A stretch of 64,000 bases of DNA from Terriglobia bacterium (GCA_963664115.2 CAXWPJ010000005.1:64001-128000), one strand, 5' to 3'. Shown: positions 1 through 10,022, counted from the first letter of the stretch. Numbers and translations are program-made. The notes: generated from the sequence alone by a model not told the origin.

Positions 1-57
1 AGTGTGAAGCTGGACGCGTCGTCCGATGCTTGGCATCGAGCGACGTCCAATGGTTTG

Positions 58-321
58 TTATGCGTCAGACTTAGCGCTCTCTTCGGATTCTTCTGCCTTC
101 TCTTCTTCTTCCGGCATGAAAGGCTGCCACTCTTCCGGAATAGCCTGTGGGCCGGGCCGGATGCCTGCGATATCCGGGTCTTCGCCGTCGAGGGACCGGG
201 GGCCGGCGTCGGTCTTGCGTTCCTTGGAATCGAAGCGTCGCTGTTCTTTCTCGCGCCTTTTTTCCTGACGGGCCTTTTCCTTCAAGCGTTTCTGGAAGGT
301 CGGTCTGGATTGTCTCGCCAT
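58..321 (-). CDS. small highly charged hypothetical protein
   Basis: ATG at 321 preceded by AAGGAG; MARQSRPTFQKRLKEKARQEKRREK...EDPDIAGIRPGPQ resembles a small conserved protein type; basic N-terminus, acidic C-terminus. Confidence 0.6.
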   Translation of the reverse strand: MARQSRPTFQKRLKEKARQEKRREKEQRRFDSKERKTDAGPRSLDGEDPDIAGIRPGPQAIPEEWQPFMPEEEEKAEESEESAKSDA

Positions 322-595
322 AGATTCCACTCCTTCGGATTCGGGCCAACTGAGCAAGCGCTACCGTCTGTCAGATAAAAGCGGGTAAGGAAACTCCGTG
401 TCATTACTGCACCCGCAATGCGTCGGCAAACACGAAACATGCAACCATTCAATTTAAAGGCTCGACGCTTATATTGTCAAACCGGGGGCCGGGAGTGGTC
501 CGTTCTCCGGTGGTTTGTTATTTCACGTGAAATAAAGAATTTAAGCCTCGCCCTGGCCTCCGCGGGTCGTTTTCTATCCATGATATCCTCCGGAC

Positions 596-1113
596 ATGCG
601 GAGTTTTTCGGAAAGAATCTAAGGGTGCAATGCTCGTGGATGTGGATCTCTACGAAGAGGTCGAGGCGGATTCTTCGGCGACCGGACAGGCCATGGGCGT
701 CGTCGTTCTGGCGAGTTTGGCGGCAGGCATCGGTATCGGTTTGCCTTTCGGTGTTGGTGGACTTGTTGCGGGAACGGCGGTCTCGTTGCTCGGTTGGCTT
801 ATATGGGCCGGTCTGACCCACTTTATCGGTACGCACATCTTGCCTACGCCCGACACCGAGAGCACTTGGGGCCAGGTGCTCCGTACCACGGGGTTTTCTG
901 TGGCGCCGGGCATGTTCCGTATTTTTGCCCTGATTCCCGTCCTGGGGATCTTCATCGACTTAGCCGTTCTTATATGGATGCTCGTTACCTTTCGTGGTTG
1001 CTGTCCGGCAGGCCCTGGACTATACGAGCACCTGGCGCGCGATTGCGGTATGCCTGACAGGTTGGCTGGCTTATGTATTTCTGGGAGTTCTCCTGGTTCC
1101 ACTCGCCAGCTAA
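596..1113 (+). pseudogene. Yip1-like membrane protein with two 1-nt insertions (pseudogene or sequencing error)
   Basis: Removing T620 and one T of TTT 990-992 gives a continuous 171-aa membrane protein MRSFSERIKGAMLVDVDLYEEVEAD...FVVAVRQALDYTSTWRAIAVCLTGWL...; ORF track shows only the middle part (630-1133). Confidence 0.7.
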
Positions 1114-1198
1114 ATTTTCTGTCTTTTCCCTAAAGTTTCCTCTACAGCGACCGATAAAGTTGTTAGACAGCCTGGAATATCGGTTGAAAGGATGTGCG

Positions 1199-1504
1199 AT
1201 GTACTCGGAACTTTACGGTGACTTTAAAAAACTACTGACGCTCGGCGTGATGGGGCGTCAGATCGAAGTGCCCGAGAGCAATACGCTGTTGAGAGGCTTC
1301 CAATATGCTTCACCCGAAACGATTTCCTACGGTCGATTCTGCTGGAACGGCACCTGCAAGAACTGCACTGTGACGATCCGGCGTGGAGAAGAGGAGACCA
1401 GGGGGCAGGCCTGTCAAACCGATGCCTGCGATGGCATGGAGGTTGTCCGAATTTCGAAAGAACTTGTTAGTCGACTGAAAACGCTCGTAACTACTACTGC
1501 TTGA
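1199..1504 (+). CDS. 2Fe-2S cluster-binding (ferredoxin-like) protein
   Basis: Cys pattern FCWNGTCKNC...AC; AAAGGA upstream of ATG 1199. Confidence 0.75.
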   Translation: MYSELYGDFKKLLTLGVMGRQIEVPESNTLLRGFQYASPETISYGRFCWNGTCKNCTVTIRRGEEETRGQACQTDACDGMEVVRISKELVSRLKTLVTTTA

Positions 1505-1527
1505 ATATTCCTTCACCGTGTTGAAGG

Positions 1528-1558
1528 GACGGCGGTCTTCGGACCGCCGTCTTTTTTT
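1528..1558 (+). terminator. rho-independent terminator
   Basis: GACGGCGGTC-TTCG-GACCGCCGTC perfect 10-bp stem followed by T7. Confidence 0.9.
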
Positions 1559-1754
1559 GTACGGATTCAAGATTTGGGATAGGAGTTGCGGATTACGCGG
1601 ACTTTCAGAAGTCTCGGTTATGAGCGTTTAAGGCGTTACTCTGCATTCAGACCCGTCTTATTCGTCTATCTTCGTTTCCTTCGTGCCTTTGTGTTGAAAA
1701 GACATCCTGCCCGACCACCCTCAGCTGACCCACGCGCCGTGATATCTTCGAAGC

Positions 1755-3473
1755 GTGAAGAACCTCGAGATCGCCTCCATCTTCGGAAACATGGCCGACT
1801 TGCTCGAAATCAAAGGAGCGAATCCGTTCCGGGTGCGTGCCTATAGAAATGCGCGTTCCAGTCTGGAAGTGTTGACCGACAACGTTGAAGAAATCGCCAA
1901 ACGAGATGCCCTGAAGGACATTTCAGGCATCGGCAAGGATCTGGCAGCTAAGATTGTCGAGTACATTCAGACAAGACGGATTCGAGCATTCGAAGACCTG
2001 AAGCGGGAACTCCCCATCGGATTGGTGAGCATCGTCACGATTCCGACGATCGGCCCCAAAACCGCCCGCGCGATCTTCGATCACACCGGCGTGTCCAGTG
2101 TCGAAGATCTGGAGAAGCTTGCCTTATCTGAAGAGCTGCTTACGGTTCCGGGTATCAAGAAGAAAACGCTTGAGAACATCGTCAGCGGTATTGGACTCTA
2201 CAAGCGACGAAAGGGATTGTTCCTCTTGGGCCGCTCTCTGCCACTGGCGAAAGACATTTGCGAGATACTCTCTCCCTTGACCGAGCAGGTCGCTTACGCG
2301 GGCAGCCTCCGCCGCATGCGTGAGACCGTTCACGATATCGACATTCTTGCCGCCGCGCCCAATCCTCAGAAGATCATGAGGGAATTCACCGGGTTGCCAA
2401 TGGTCGAGCGTGTGCTCGTCAGCGGCGAAACCAAAACCTCCGTTCTCATAGCCGACGACCTGCAGGTGGACTTGCGCGTCGTCGATCTTGACAGCTGGGG
2501 CGCCGCGCTAGCGTACTTCACCGGATCGAAGGAACACAATATCCGTCTGCGCGAACGGGCCCTCAAGCGCGGTCTCAAGCTGAACGAGTACGGACTGTAT
2601 GACTCTGCGGACACAGCGGTTGCCGCACGTGAGGAAGCAGACATTTACGAGGCCCTCGATCTTCCATGGATACCCCCTGTGTTGCGCGAGGACAGGGGAG
2701 AGATTGAAGCCGCTCTGGAAGGAAGCCTCCCCGAACTGGTTTCGTCCGAAGACATCCAGGGCGATCTGCACATGCACACAACGTGGAGTGACGGTGCGCT
2801 ATCGACAGCGGCTATGGTGGAGGCCGCCCGCGGTCAGGGTTACAGCTACGTTGCGATTACGGACCATAGCAAGTCACTGGGCGTTGCCGGTGGATTGTCC
2901 AACGAAGATCTGCTCAGGCATGTCCAGGAGATTCACGAGTTGGATAGAAAACTGCCTGATTTTCGCGTCCTCACTGGCACGGAAGTCGATATTCGTGCCG
3001 ACGGCACCTTGGATTATCCGGATGAAATACTCGCGCAGCTGGATTTTGTCGTGGCATCGGTCCACTCCGGGTTTCGGCAGGACATAGAAACAATGACACA
3101 GCGTGTGGTTCGCGCCATCCGGAATCCGCATGTCCGGGTGATCGGCCATCCCACGGGGCGTTTGATCGGAGACCGCGATTCATTCGAACTGGATTTCGAC
3201 GCGGTCATGGTGGAAGCGGCCCGCGCAGGGACGTGTTTGGAGGTCAATGCCCATTATTACCGATTGGACTTGAACGACGTGCTCTGCAGGAAGGCCCGGG
3301 AATCCGGCGTCCGTGTCATTATCAGCACCGACTCTCACAACGCCGAAAATCTTCAGAACCTGCCCTATGGAGTTGCAACGGCACAAAGGGGCTGGCTCGG
3401 CCCGGGAGACGTCCTGAACACGCAGTCCGTGGAAGACGTGTTGTCCTTCAAGGGTCGCCATGCCGGGGCATAG
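1755..3473 (+). CDS. polX: DNA polymerase X / PHP 3'-5' exonuclease
   Basis: NPFRVRAY, GSLRR..DIDIL, VDLRVV, YFTGSKEHN, and PHP motifs DLHMHTTWSDG, TDHS, GHPTGR, STDSH. Confidence 0.95.
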   Translation: MKNLEIASIFGNMADLLEIKGANPFRVRAYRNARSSLEVLTDNVEEIAKRDALKDISGIGKDLAAKIVEYIQTRRIRAFEDLKRELPIGLVSIVTIPTIGPKTARAIFDHTGVSSVEDLEKLALSEELLTVPGIKKKTLENIVSGIGLYKRRKGLFLLGRSLPLAKDICEILSPLTEQVAYAGSLRRMRETVHDIDILAAAPNPQKIMREFTGLPMVERVLVSGETKTSVLIADDLQVDLRVVDLDSWGAALAYFTGSKEHNIRLRERALKRGLKLNEYGLYDSADTAVAAREEADIYEALDLPWIPPVLREDRGEIEAALEGSLPELVSSEDIQGDLHMHTTWSDGALSTAAMVEAARGQGYSYVAITDHSKSLGVAGGLSNEDLLRHVQEIHELDRKLPDFRVLTGTEVDIRADGTLDYPDEILAQLDFVVASVHSGFRQDIETMTQRVVRAIRNPHVRVIGHPTGRLIGDRDSFELDFDAVMVEAARAGTCLEVNAHYYRLDLNDVLCRKARESGVRVIISTDSHNAENLQNLPYGVATAQRGWLGPGDVLNTQSVEDVLSFKGRHAGA

Positions 3474-3669
3474 CGTAGGGCTCGTTGTCGACTTCTGTTA
3501 CTTGTGTCGAGCGTACGGGCCTCGAAGTTTGTGAGATAAGATTTCGCTCGGTCGTTCGATCAGACATCCTGTCTGATCGAACGGCGACCCTCGCCATTTT
3601 CTTGATGGCGAGGCCTATTAGGCATAACGGAATGTTCAGGTAGGCCCAAAAGCAACGCGCACCGCCCAG

Positions 3670-4716
3670 ATGGAACGTTCAAACGACACGATGGATTCCG
3701 ACCAGATCAAAGCAAAAGCCCGGGAACTCGGATTTGAACTCGCCGGTGTTGCCCCTCTGGGCCCGTCACCGGAGGCCGAGTTCTATCCCGAGTGGCTGGC
3801 CAAAGGATACGCGGGTGAAATGCACTACCTCGCCCAGGGTGCCCGGACGCGGCTGGACCCGTCCCCGCTCCTTCCGGGCGCCCGATCGGTCGTCGTTTGC
3901 GCCTTGAACTATCACACCGACCGTCCGTTGACGTCCTCCGATTCAGGACGTGGGTGGGTGTCCCGCTACGCGTGGGGTGAGGACTACCACAAGGTGCTCG
4001 GGAAACGCCTGAAGCGCCTGGCCGGGTGGATCGGTCAGGAAACCGGGGCGAAGACGCGACTGTACGTCGACACGGGGCCACTCCTTGAAAGGGTGTTTGC
4101 CAAGTATGCCGGAGTGGGCTGGTTCGGTAAGAACACCTGCATTATCGATCAGCAGGTAGGCTCCTGGATCTTTCTGGGTTGCATTTTGACTGAGCTCGAA
4201 TTGGCTTACGATACACCTCGACCGGACCGATGCGGCAGTTGCACGCGGTGTATCGACGCCTGTCCGACGGACGCTATCGTGGAACCCTACGTCCTGGACA
4301 GCCGTAAATGTATTTCGTATCTGACCATCGAACTTCGCGGTGCAATACCGGAGTCGTTGAGGGAAGGCATGGGTCATCACCTCTTTGGTTGTGACATCTG
4401 CCAGGATGTGTGCCCGTGGAACAAGCGCGCACCTCTGGCTGATGAGAACACGCTGGGATCGAGGCCTGAACTGTTCTGGCCGAGTCTGGACCACCTTCTG
4501 GATTTGGACGATGACGGTTGGCGCGATCTGATCCGCGGCACGGCCATGAAGCGTGCCAAAGTCGGGGGACTGATCCGCAACCTGATGGTCGTGGCCGGCA
4601 ACTCGGGTTTAGGCAGGTTTCGGAAGAAGGTCGAGCGGTTTCTCGGTCATTCCGACGAGACGGTACGGTCTCATGCGAGTTGGGCCGTGCGAAAGCTTGA
4701 GGAAGCCGATCGGTGA
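3670..4716 (+). CDS. queG: tRNA epoxyqueuosine(34) reductase
   Basis: SRYAWGEDYH, VDTGPLLER, GKNT, CGSCTRCIDACPT, CISYLTIE, FGCDICQDVCPWN; true start may be the second Met (3691). Confidence 0.95.
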   Translation: MERSNDTMDSDQIKAKARELGFELAGVAPLGPSPEAEFYPEWLAKGYAGEMHYLAQGARTRLDPSPLLPGARSVVVCALNYHTDRPLTSSDSGRGWVSRYAWGEDYHKVLGKRLKRLAGWIGQETGAKTRLYVDTGPLLERVFAKYAGVGWFGKNTCIIDQQVGSWIFLGCILTELELAYDTPRPDRCGSCTRCIDACPTDAIVEPYVLDSRKCISYLTIELRGAIPESLREGMGHHLFGCDICQDVCPWNKRAPLADENTLGSRPELFWPSLDHLLDLDDDGWRDLIRGTAMKRAKVGGLIRNLMVVAGNSGLGRFRKKVERFLGHSDETVRSHASWAVRKLEEADR

Positions 4717-4721
4717 AAGAG

Positions 4722-5120
4722 CTATTTAAGCCTATCGTCGACCGATTTATTTTTTTCTATCTGGACGATTTTGCGTTCAGTCCGGAACATGAACCGGAAC
4801 ACCATCTCCCGTTGCTTTTCATCAATGCCGGCAAACTCAACACCGATCGTCGGGTAGTTCAACCACCTGACGACAGGATAGACCACTGGCATGCCAATGT
4901 CGGGGAGAACCAGCACGGCCGGTCCAAGAACCTGATCTTTGTAGAAGCTGTGGTAGTGGTTCGCCGCGAAGAAGCGGGCTCCGCCGGCTCCGAGCTCATC
5001 GACCATCGGGTCGATGTTCACTGCGTCGATGCTGAAGAGCAGGTACACGGGCTCGGCGGCGCCTACAGGCAATCGGAAAACGGAGCGCTGTTTACTGTGG
5101 TCGGGGGCCTGGCTCTTCAT
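4722..5120 (-). CDS. PilZ-domain protein (putative c-di-GMP receptor)
   Basis: QRSVFR (RxxxR) and DELGAGG (degenerate D/NxSxxG); VVRW...IGVEF. Confidence 0.6.
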   Translation of the reverse strand: MKSQAPDHSKQRSVFRLPVGAAEPVYLLFSIDAVNIDPMVDELGAGGARFFAANHYHSFYKDQVLGPAVLVLPDIGMPVVYPVVRWLNYPTIGVEFAGIDEKQREMVFRFMFRTERKIVQIEKNKSVDDRLK

Positions 5121-5163
5121 AATTGTTACTTCGGCGCTTTCGGTTAAAATCTTTAGTAATCTG

Positions 5164-6882
5164 ATGCGTCTCTTCCTGATAGCTGCAGTGCCGGTGGCGT
5201 TTGTTCTTTACGGCCACGGCCTACAAGCGCCCTTCTATCTGGACGACAACGGGGTGCTCGAGACAGCCAGGAACGGTGTAAACCTGGGGGCGACGCGGCC
5301 GCTGGGATATTTCTCCTTTTATTTGAGTGCTTTGACGGCAGACGCTTTTGGGCTGCTGTTTCATTGGTTGCCCAGTTTTTACTTCCGGCTTGCCAACCTC
5401 TTCGTTCATATTCTGGCGTCGATGGTTCTGTTCGGTCTGACACGCGAACTGACCCGAAACGTGTCAGCGAGTTACGCGGCTGGTTTTCTATTCCTGGTCC
5501 ATCCCATCGTCAGTCAGCCCGTAATGTACGTGACCCAGCGCTTTGAGTCGCTCGCAGTCCTGTTCATGTTCTCTTCGGCCGGGGCTTACGCGAGATTCAG
5601 GCGCAGCGGTGGGTGGGGATGGATCGTAGGTGCGGTCGTCTTCGGAGTCGGGGCGGGGCTGACCAAGGAAATCGCTGTCGTCCTGCCCGCGTGGATCTTG
5701 CTGATGGAATTCACTTTTTTCCGTAAGTGGGGGTGGGACAGGCGTTTCCTGTACTTAATTCCCCTTGGAGCGGTTTTGGCATGGCCGGCGTGGACGGCCT
5801 TTCGCGGATCGGCAACGACGCTGACATCGGTGCCCTTAGGGCAGTATTGGCTGACCCAGGGCTTGGTGCTGCTGAAGCATCTCCAACTGGTCATATATCC
5901 GGCCGAACAATATCTGCTCTACGACTTTCCGCTGGCGACAGGTTTATCCTGGCCCGTGGTAGGAGCCTGGTCTGTTGTTTTGTCGTTTCTGGCTACAGGA
6001 TTTCTATTGCTGAACCGATATCCAACAATAGGGTTCGGGATCGTGACGTTCTTCGTCCTGTTGCTCCCCGTGACCTTGTTGCCGTTGCCGGATACGTTTT
6101 TTGAGCACCGGGTCTACGGCGCGTTCGGCGGGCTTGCCATGGCGATAGGTTCGCTCCTGGCTACACGACCCCGGCCGTTGATCGCCGTGATGAGCGTCGC
6201 TTTGATTCTGGCGTTGGGAGCGCGGACATTCGAACGAAGTGCGGAGTGGAATTCGGAAATACCGTTTTTCGAGGCCCATCGGGAACGGTTTCCGAACAAT
6301 GCTCACGCCCTGTCGTACCTTGCGGTGCATTACGGAACGACCGGACAGCTCAGACGGTCGATCGAAGCTCTTGAACAGGGCCAGAGAAATCTGGAGTTTT
6401 TCAACGAGTACTATTCAGAGCCCGGGCGCTTGACCGTTGCACTCAATCTCGTCACCGCCCAGATGGCAATGGGCGACGTGGAATCTGCGGGCGAAGTACT
6501 GGAACAGGTCCGGGATATTGGTTCCGATGAGCCCGCGTTTCAACAAGTGCAGGGTAACTGGTTCTTGGCAACGGATCAGCCTGAACTGGCGATCGAGGCC
6601 TTCGAGACCTTGAACCAACTCGATCCAGAAGCGATCGCGGGGTGGCGAGGGCTCCAGATGGCCTATTCGCGACTCGGCCAGGAAGATGAAGCGGAGTTGG
6701 CCGCAGAGGGTTTTCGAGAGCGTGGAGACGCGCAGGATGCACGTAACCGGGCGCGCCGGTTCATACCGGTGCGATACAGAGCGCACGTAACGTTCGGAAT
6801 TTTGTTGATGGGGTTCGCCGTGATTTTCGTGTCATTGAAGTACGTTTGGTCGATCGCACGTCAAGGATGGTCCAATGTCTGA
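5164..6882 (+). CDS. TMTC-like GT-C fold membrane glycosyltransferase with TPR repeats
   Basis: FYLDD acidic pair after TM1, RPL, FLVHP..SQPVMYVTQRFE, TKE, EHRVY; many TM segments then a TPR-like helical C-terminus. Confidence 0.75.
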   Translation: MRLFLIAAVPVAFVLYGHGLQAPFYLDDNGVLETARNGVNLGATRPLGYFSFYLSALTADAFGLLFHWLPSFYFRLANLFVHILASMVLFGLTRELTRNVSASYAAGFLFLVHPIVSQPVMYVTQRFESLAVLFMFSSAGAYARFRRSGGWGWIVGAVVFGVGAGLTKEIAVVLPAWILLMEFTFFRKWGWDRRFLYLIPLGAVLAWPAWTAFRGSATTLTSVPLGQYWLTQGLVLLKHLQLVIYPAEQYLLYDFPLATGLSWPVVGAWSVVLSFLATGFLLLNRYPTIGFGIVTFFVLLLPVTLLPLPDTFFEHRVYGAFGGLAMAIGSLLATRPRPLIAVMSVALILALGARTFERSAEWNSEIPFFEAHRERFPNNAHALSYLAVHYGTTGQLRRSIEALEQGQRNLEFFNEYYSEPGRLTVALNLVTAQMAMGDVESAGEVLEQVRDIGSDEPAFQQVQGNWFLATDQPELAIEAFETLNQLDPEAIAGWRGLQMAYSRLGQEDEAELAAEGFRERGDAQDARNRARRFIPVRYRAHVTFGILLMGFAVIFVSLKYVWSIARQGWSNV

Positions 6883-7669
6883 CCGAGCTATAGTCCTGGT
6901 TGTTAACAAGGAAAAGATCCTCGTTGATCTCCTGGTGCGTTCGCTGGACGGCGAAGATCTCGCGATGTTCGGGGCGGCGTCAGTCGCGGAAGCCACGCGA
7001 TTGTTCGAACAACATCGGCCGGATCTGATCATCGTGGACCCCACGGTTGCTGGAGGGTTCGAGTTCATGGATCAAGTCCGGAGCGGATTGAAGCCGGCGC
7101 GGATCGTGGCGCTTGTCGATAGCGATGAGGTGCGAGAACGCGTGGTGGATGTCGGTGTCGAACTCACCTTGGATAAGGCCGCCGGTCTGGATGGACTGGT
7201 GGGTGCGATACGGTCCTCACTGAGCGACGGTTCGGCTGTTCGACTTGGAGGAGACCTCACGCGGATTCTCGTGGTGGATGATGAAGAGGGCATGCGGGCC
7301 ACGTTGGTGGACTACCTGGGCAGCTGCGGCTACAGAGTGTTTGCCGCCAGGGACGGCAGGGAAGCCGTAGAGTTCGTGGCTAAGGATCCATTGCTGCGTC
7401 TCGTGTTGCTCGATGTGAGCATGCCGCGGATGGGGGGCCTCGAAGCGTTGCGGCAGATCATGATGGGGTCGGCTCATCCCGACGTGATCATGATGACCGC
7501 GGTGACGGATCGGGAGATCGCCAAACAGACATTAAGCATAGGAGCTTTCGACTACGTTCTGAAACCGTTTGATCTCAATTCTATGGAAGCCTCGATCGTC
7601 GCATGCCTCGGCTACTCCGATTATCACAAGCGACCCTGGTGGAAGCGTCTCGTACGCCGCACTGCCTGA
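6875..7669 (+). CDS. response regulator with two receiver domains
   Basis: PDLIIVD in first (degenerate) REC; ILVVDDE...LLDVSMP.MGG...MTA...KPF in second; overlaps the upstream gene. Confidence 0.9.
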   Translation: MSDRAIVLVVNKEKILVDLLVRSLDGEDLAMFGAASVAEATRLFEQHRPDLIIVDPTVAGGFEFMDQVRSGLKPARIVALVDSDEVRERVVDVGVELTLDKAAGLDGLVGAIRSSLSDGSAVRLGGDLTRILVVDDEEGMRATLVDYLGSCGYRVFAARDGREAVEFVAKDPLLRLVLLDVSMPRMGGLEALRQIMMGSAHPDVIMMTAVTDREIAKQTLSIGAFDYVLKPFDLNSMEASIVACLGYSDYHKRPWWKRLVRRTA

Positions 7670-7749
7670 GTCGTTCCCGTCTGTTACAGCCAGATCTCCA
7701 GCCTTCATTATTTCAACCGTTTCAATCGATTCCGCGCTAAATTAATCAG

Positions 7750-9057
7750 ATGAGCAAGAGCATTCGATTGGGAATCCTAGGCCTCGGAACCGTAGGGACC
7801 GGCGTCGTCCGCATCCTCGAAACAAACGCGGCTTTGATCGAACGGCGGATCGGCGTGCCTCTTGAGGTCAAGCGTATCGCTGTTCGGGACGCGAGCAAAG
7901 CGCGGGCCGTGGTCGTCCCGGATGGCGTCCTGACGACGGACCCGTTCGAAGTGGTCCAGGATCCTGACATTGATATCGTGGTGGAACTCATTGGTGGGGA
8001 AGATATTGCGCGTGATTTGGGACTGGCGGCGATCGCCGGCGGCAAACATCTGGTGTCGGCGAACAAGGCTCTATTGGCCGGGCACGGGGCAGAAATCAGA
8101 CATGCGGCCCGCACGGCTGGTGTCAACCTGGGGTTCGAAGCCAGTGTTGCCGGCGGCATTCCCATCATCAAAACGATCCGCGAGGCCCTTGCCGCCAACC
8201 GTATCCTGTCCATCTATGGAATCATCAATGGGACTTCAAATTACATCCTCACGACGATGCGCGAACAGGAAAGGTCTTTCGACGATGTTCTTGATGAAGC
8301 GCAGCGTGCCGGTTATGCCGAAGCCGATCCGACCTTCGATGTTGGCGGGATCGATGCGGCTCACAAGCTTGCAATTCTGGTCAATCTGGCCTTTGGAGTC
8401 ACTGCAAACCTCAGTGATATCTATACCGAAGGGATAACTGACATCAGTCCGATCGACATCGATTTCGGACGCGAGTTCGGCTACACCTTGAAATTGTTGG
8501 CCATTGCCAAGTCATCGGACGGTGCGGTCGAAGCCCGTGTACACCCGACGATGATTCCGGACTCCCATCCCATTGCTCAAGTTGGAGGTGTCTACAATGC
8601 GATCGAAATTGTAGGCGATGCTGTCGGGGACTTGATGCTTTATGGAAAGGGTGCGGGAGAAATGCCGACCGCCAGCGCGGTGGTCAGCGACATTATGGAT
8701 ATCTCCCGCGAGATCGGAACCACCGGCGAGTCGCGCTCGCCCTCGCTGTTGCCCCCTGACGGCGGTGAGGGCAACATTAAGCCCATCGAATCCGTTTCCA
8801 GCCTCTATTACCTCCGTTTCATGGTGGACGATCAACCGGGCGTCCTGTCCCAGATCTCCGGCATCCTCGGCCGGCATGACATCAGCATTGAATCGGTCAT
8901 CCAGAAAAGACGTGAAACCGGCAGCCCTGTTCCCTTGGTGGTGATGACGCACACGGCCATCGAACGCGACGTTCAGGAAGCCCTGTCCGAAATTGATCAG
9001 CTACCGAGCGTCTCGGAAAAGGCGGTTTTGATCCGCGTCGAAGCCGACAAGATTTAA
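7750..9057 (+). CDS. hom: homoserine dehydrogenase with C-terminal ACT domain
   Basis: GLGTVG, SANKA, FEASVAGGIP, GIINGTSNYIL, GYAEADPTFDVGGIDAAHKL, ACT motif DQPGVL. Confidence 0.97.
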   Translation: MSKSIRLGILGLGTVGTGVVRILETNAALIERRIGVPLEVKRIAVRDASKARAVVVPDGVLTTDPFEVVQDPDIDIVVELIGGEDIARDLGLAAIAGGKHLVSANKALLAGHGAEIRHAARTAGVNLGFEASVAGGIPIIKTIREALAANRILSIYGIINGTSNYILTTMREQERSFDDVLDEAQRAGYAEADPTFDVGGIDAAHKLAILVNLAFGVTANLSDIYTEGITDISPIDIDFGREFGYTLKLLAIAKSSDGAVEARVHPTMIPDSHPIAQVGGVYNAIEIVGDAVGDLMLYGKGAGEMPTASAVVSDIMDISREIGTTGESRSPSLLPPDGGEGNIKPIESVSSLYYLRFMVDDQPGVLSQISGILGRHDISIESVIQKRRETGSPVPLVVMTHTAIERDVQEALSEIDQLPSVSEKAVLIRVEADKI

Positions 9058-9144
9058 TTGGGGTCAGAGCCCTATTTCCCCATTTTAATAACGGGAATAA
9101 ATGTAACGTGAAATTGGGGAAATAGGGCTCTGACCCCAATTAAA
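9053..9144. repeat. perfect 30-bp inverted repeat (REP/MITE-like; may also act as terminator)
   Basis: TTTAATTGGGGTCAGAGCCCTATTTCCCCA (9053-9082) and its exact reverse complement (9115-9144) with a 32-nt AT-rich spacer. Confidence 0.8.
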
Positions 9145-9174
9145 AAAATAGGCCTGGGACATAGTCCCAGGCCT
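9142..9174 (-). terminator. rho-independent terminator of the 9204-10022 pilin-like gene
   Basis: AGGCCTGGGAC-ATA-GTCCCAGGCCT stem with an A-run on its left (U-tract on minus strand). Confidence 0.75.
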
Positions 9175-9203
9175 TAAGCACGTTTGCTGTATGGGTAAAA
9201 GGA

Positions 9204-10022
9204 TTACTTGATTCGGAAAACGATGTCATCGCCCAACACTGTGAAGGCGGCGCCTTGTTGCGAGGCAGAAGTTTCAAGCGCCCGGTTGGGTCCTGCCGAG
9301 ATGACGACTACGGCGATTTCGGGAAGCACCTCGGTCCCTAGTATCAAGCTTGCTCCCAAGCCGCTCTCAAAGAACCCGACGTGTAGCATTCGAACATTGA
9401 TCATATACTTGTTGCCCCAGGGATCGGTACTTGACATAGTAGCGATGTAGGGTCCGGACCAGCCACGTTGCGGGTCACCCGGAACCGAGCCTCTAAGTGG
9501 GTAACTTTCATCACCAAGGAAATCTGTGTCAACCAAGAAGTCGTCGCTCCGACGGTCGAGATTATTTGTCACGAGGTGCCCTTCGATGGAGTCGTCAGTC
9601 GTTACGAGCCGATGGCCGAATCGGCCAGATCCGCCCGCATAGCTAGGGATACCGGTGCCACTTGGGACGCCTTCCCACCCTGAAACACTCGATTCGACTG
9701 TAGGATACGTTCCGTTCTGTGAGACAAGGTTGTCAAAAAAAAGGTCGCCCGGGCCCGTATTGTTACCCACTTTGAACAACGGAAAAAACGAGCTGTCCTT
9801 ATAGAACGTGATCACACCCTGTCCGATCACCGAGACGTCGGCGATGGCTGCCTGAATCTTGGAGTCGTTGATCGCATCGATCGCACTACCGACAGCGACG
9901 CCGGCGAGTACCGCACCCACGGCTACAGTTGCTGTTGCTTCGATCAGCGATGTTGCGACGCCTCGTGTCCCTTTAATCAGCTTTTTGATCGTTCTTGCAA
10001 TTTCTGTTTTTGCTGCTTTCAT
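9204..10022 (-). CDS. GspG-like (pseudo)pilin with atypical prepilin site
   Basis: Basic leader, RGVATSLIE plus hydrophobic helix; GWSGPY, DPWGNKY, ISAGPN, GDDIVFRIK. Confidence 0.8.
   Translation of the reverse strand: MKAAKTEIARTIKKLIKGTRGVATSLIEATATVAVGAVLAGVAVGSAIDAINDSKIQAAIADVSVIGQGVITFYKDSSFFPLFKVGNNTGPGDLFFDNLVSQNGTYPTVESSVSGWEGVPSGTGIPSYAGGSGRFGHRLVTTDDSIEGHLVTNNLDRRSDDFLVDTDFLGDESYPLRGSVPGDPQRGWSGPYIATMSSTDPWGNKYMINVRMLHVGFFESGLGASLILGTEVLPEIAVVVISAGPNRALETSASQQGAAFTVLGDDIVFRIK

Noticed and set aside
1655-1700. Pyrimidine-rich CTTCGT/CTTTGT iterations upstream of polX
   Set aside because: Short and degenerate; may be a remnant of a dispersed repeat but cannot be supported from this window alone.
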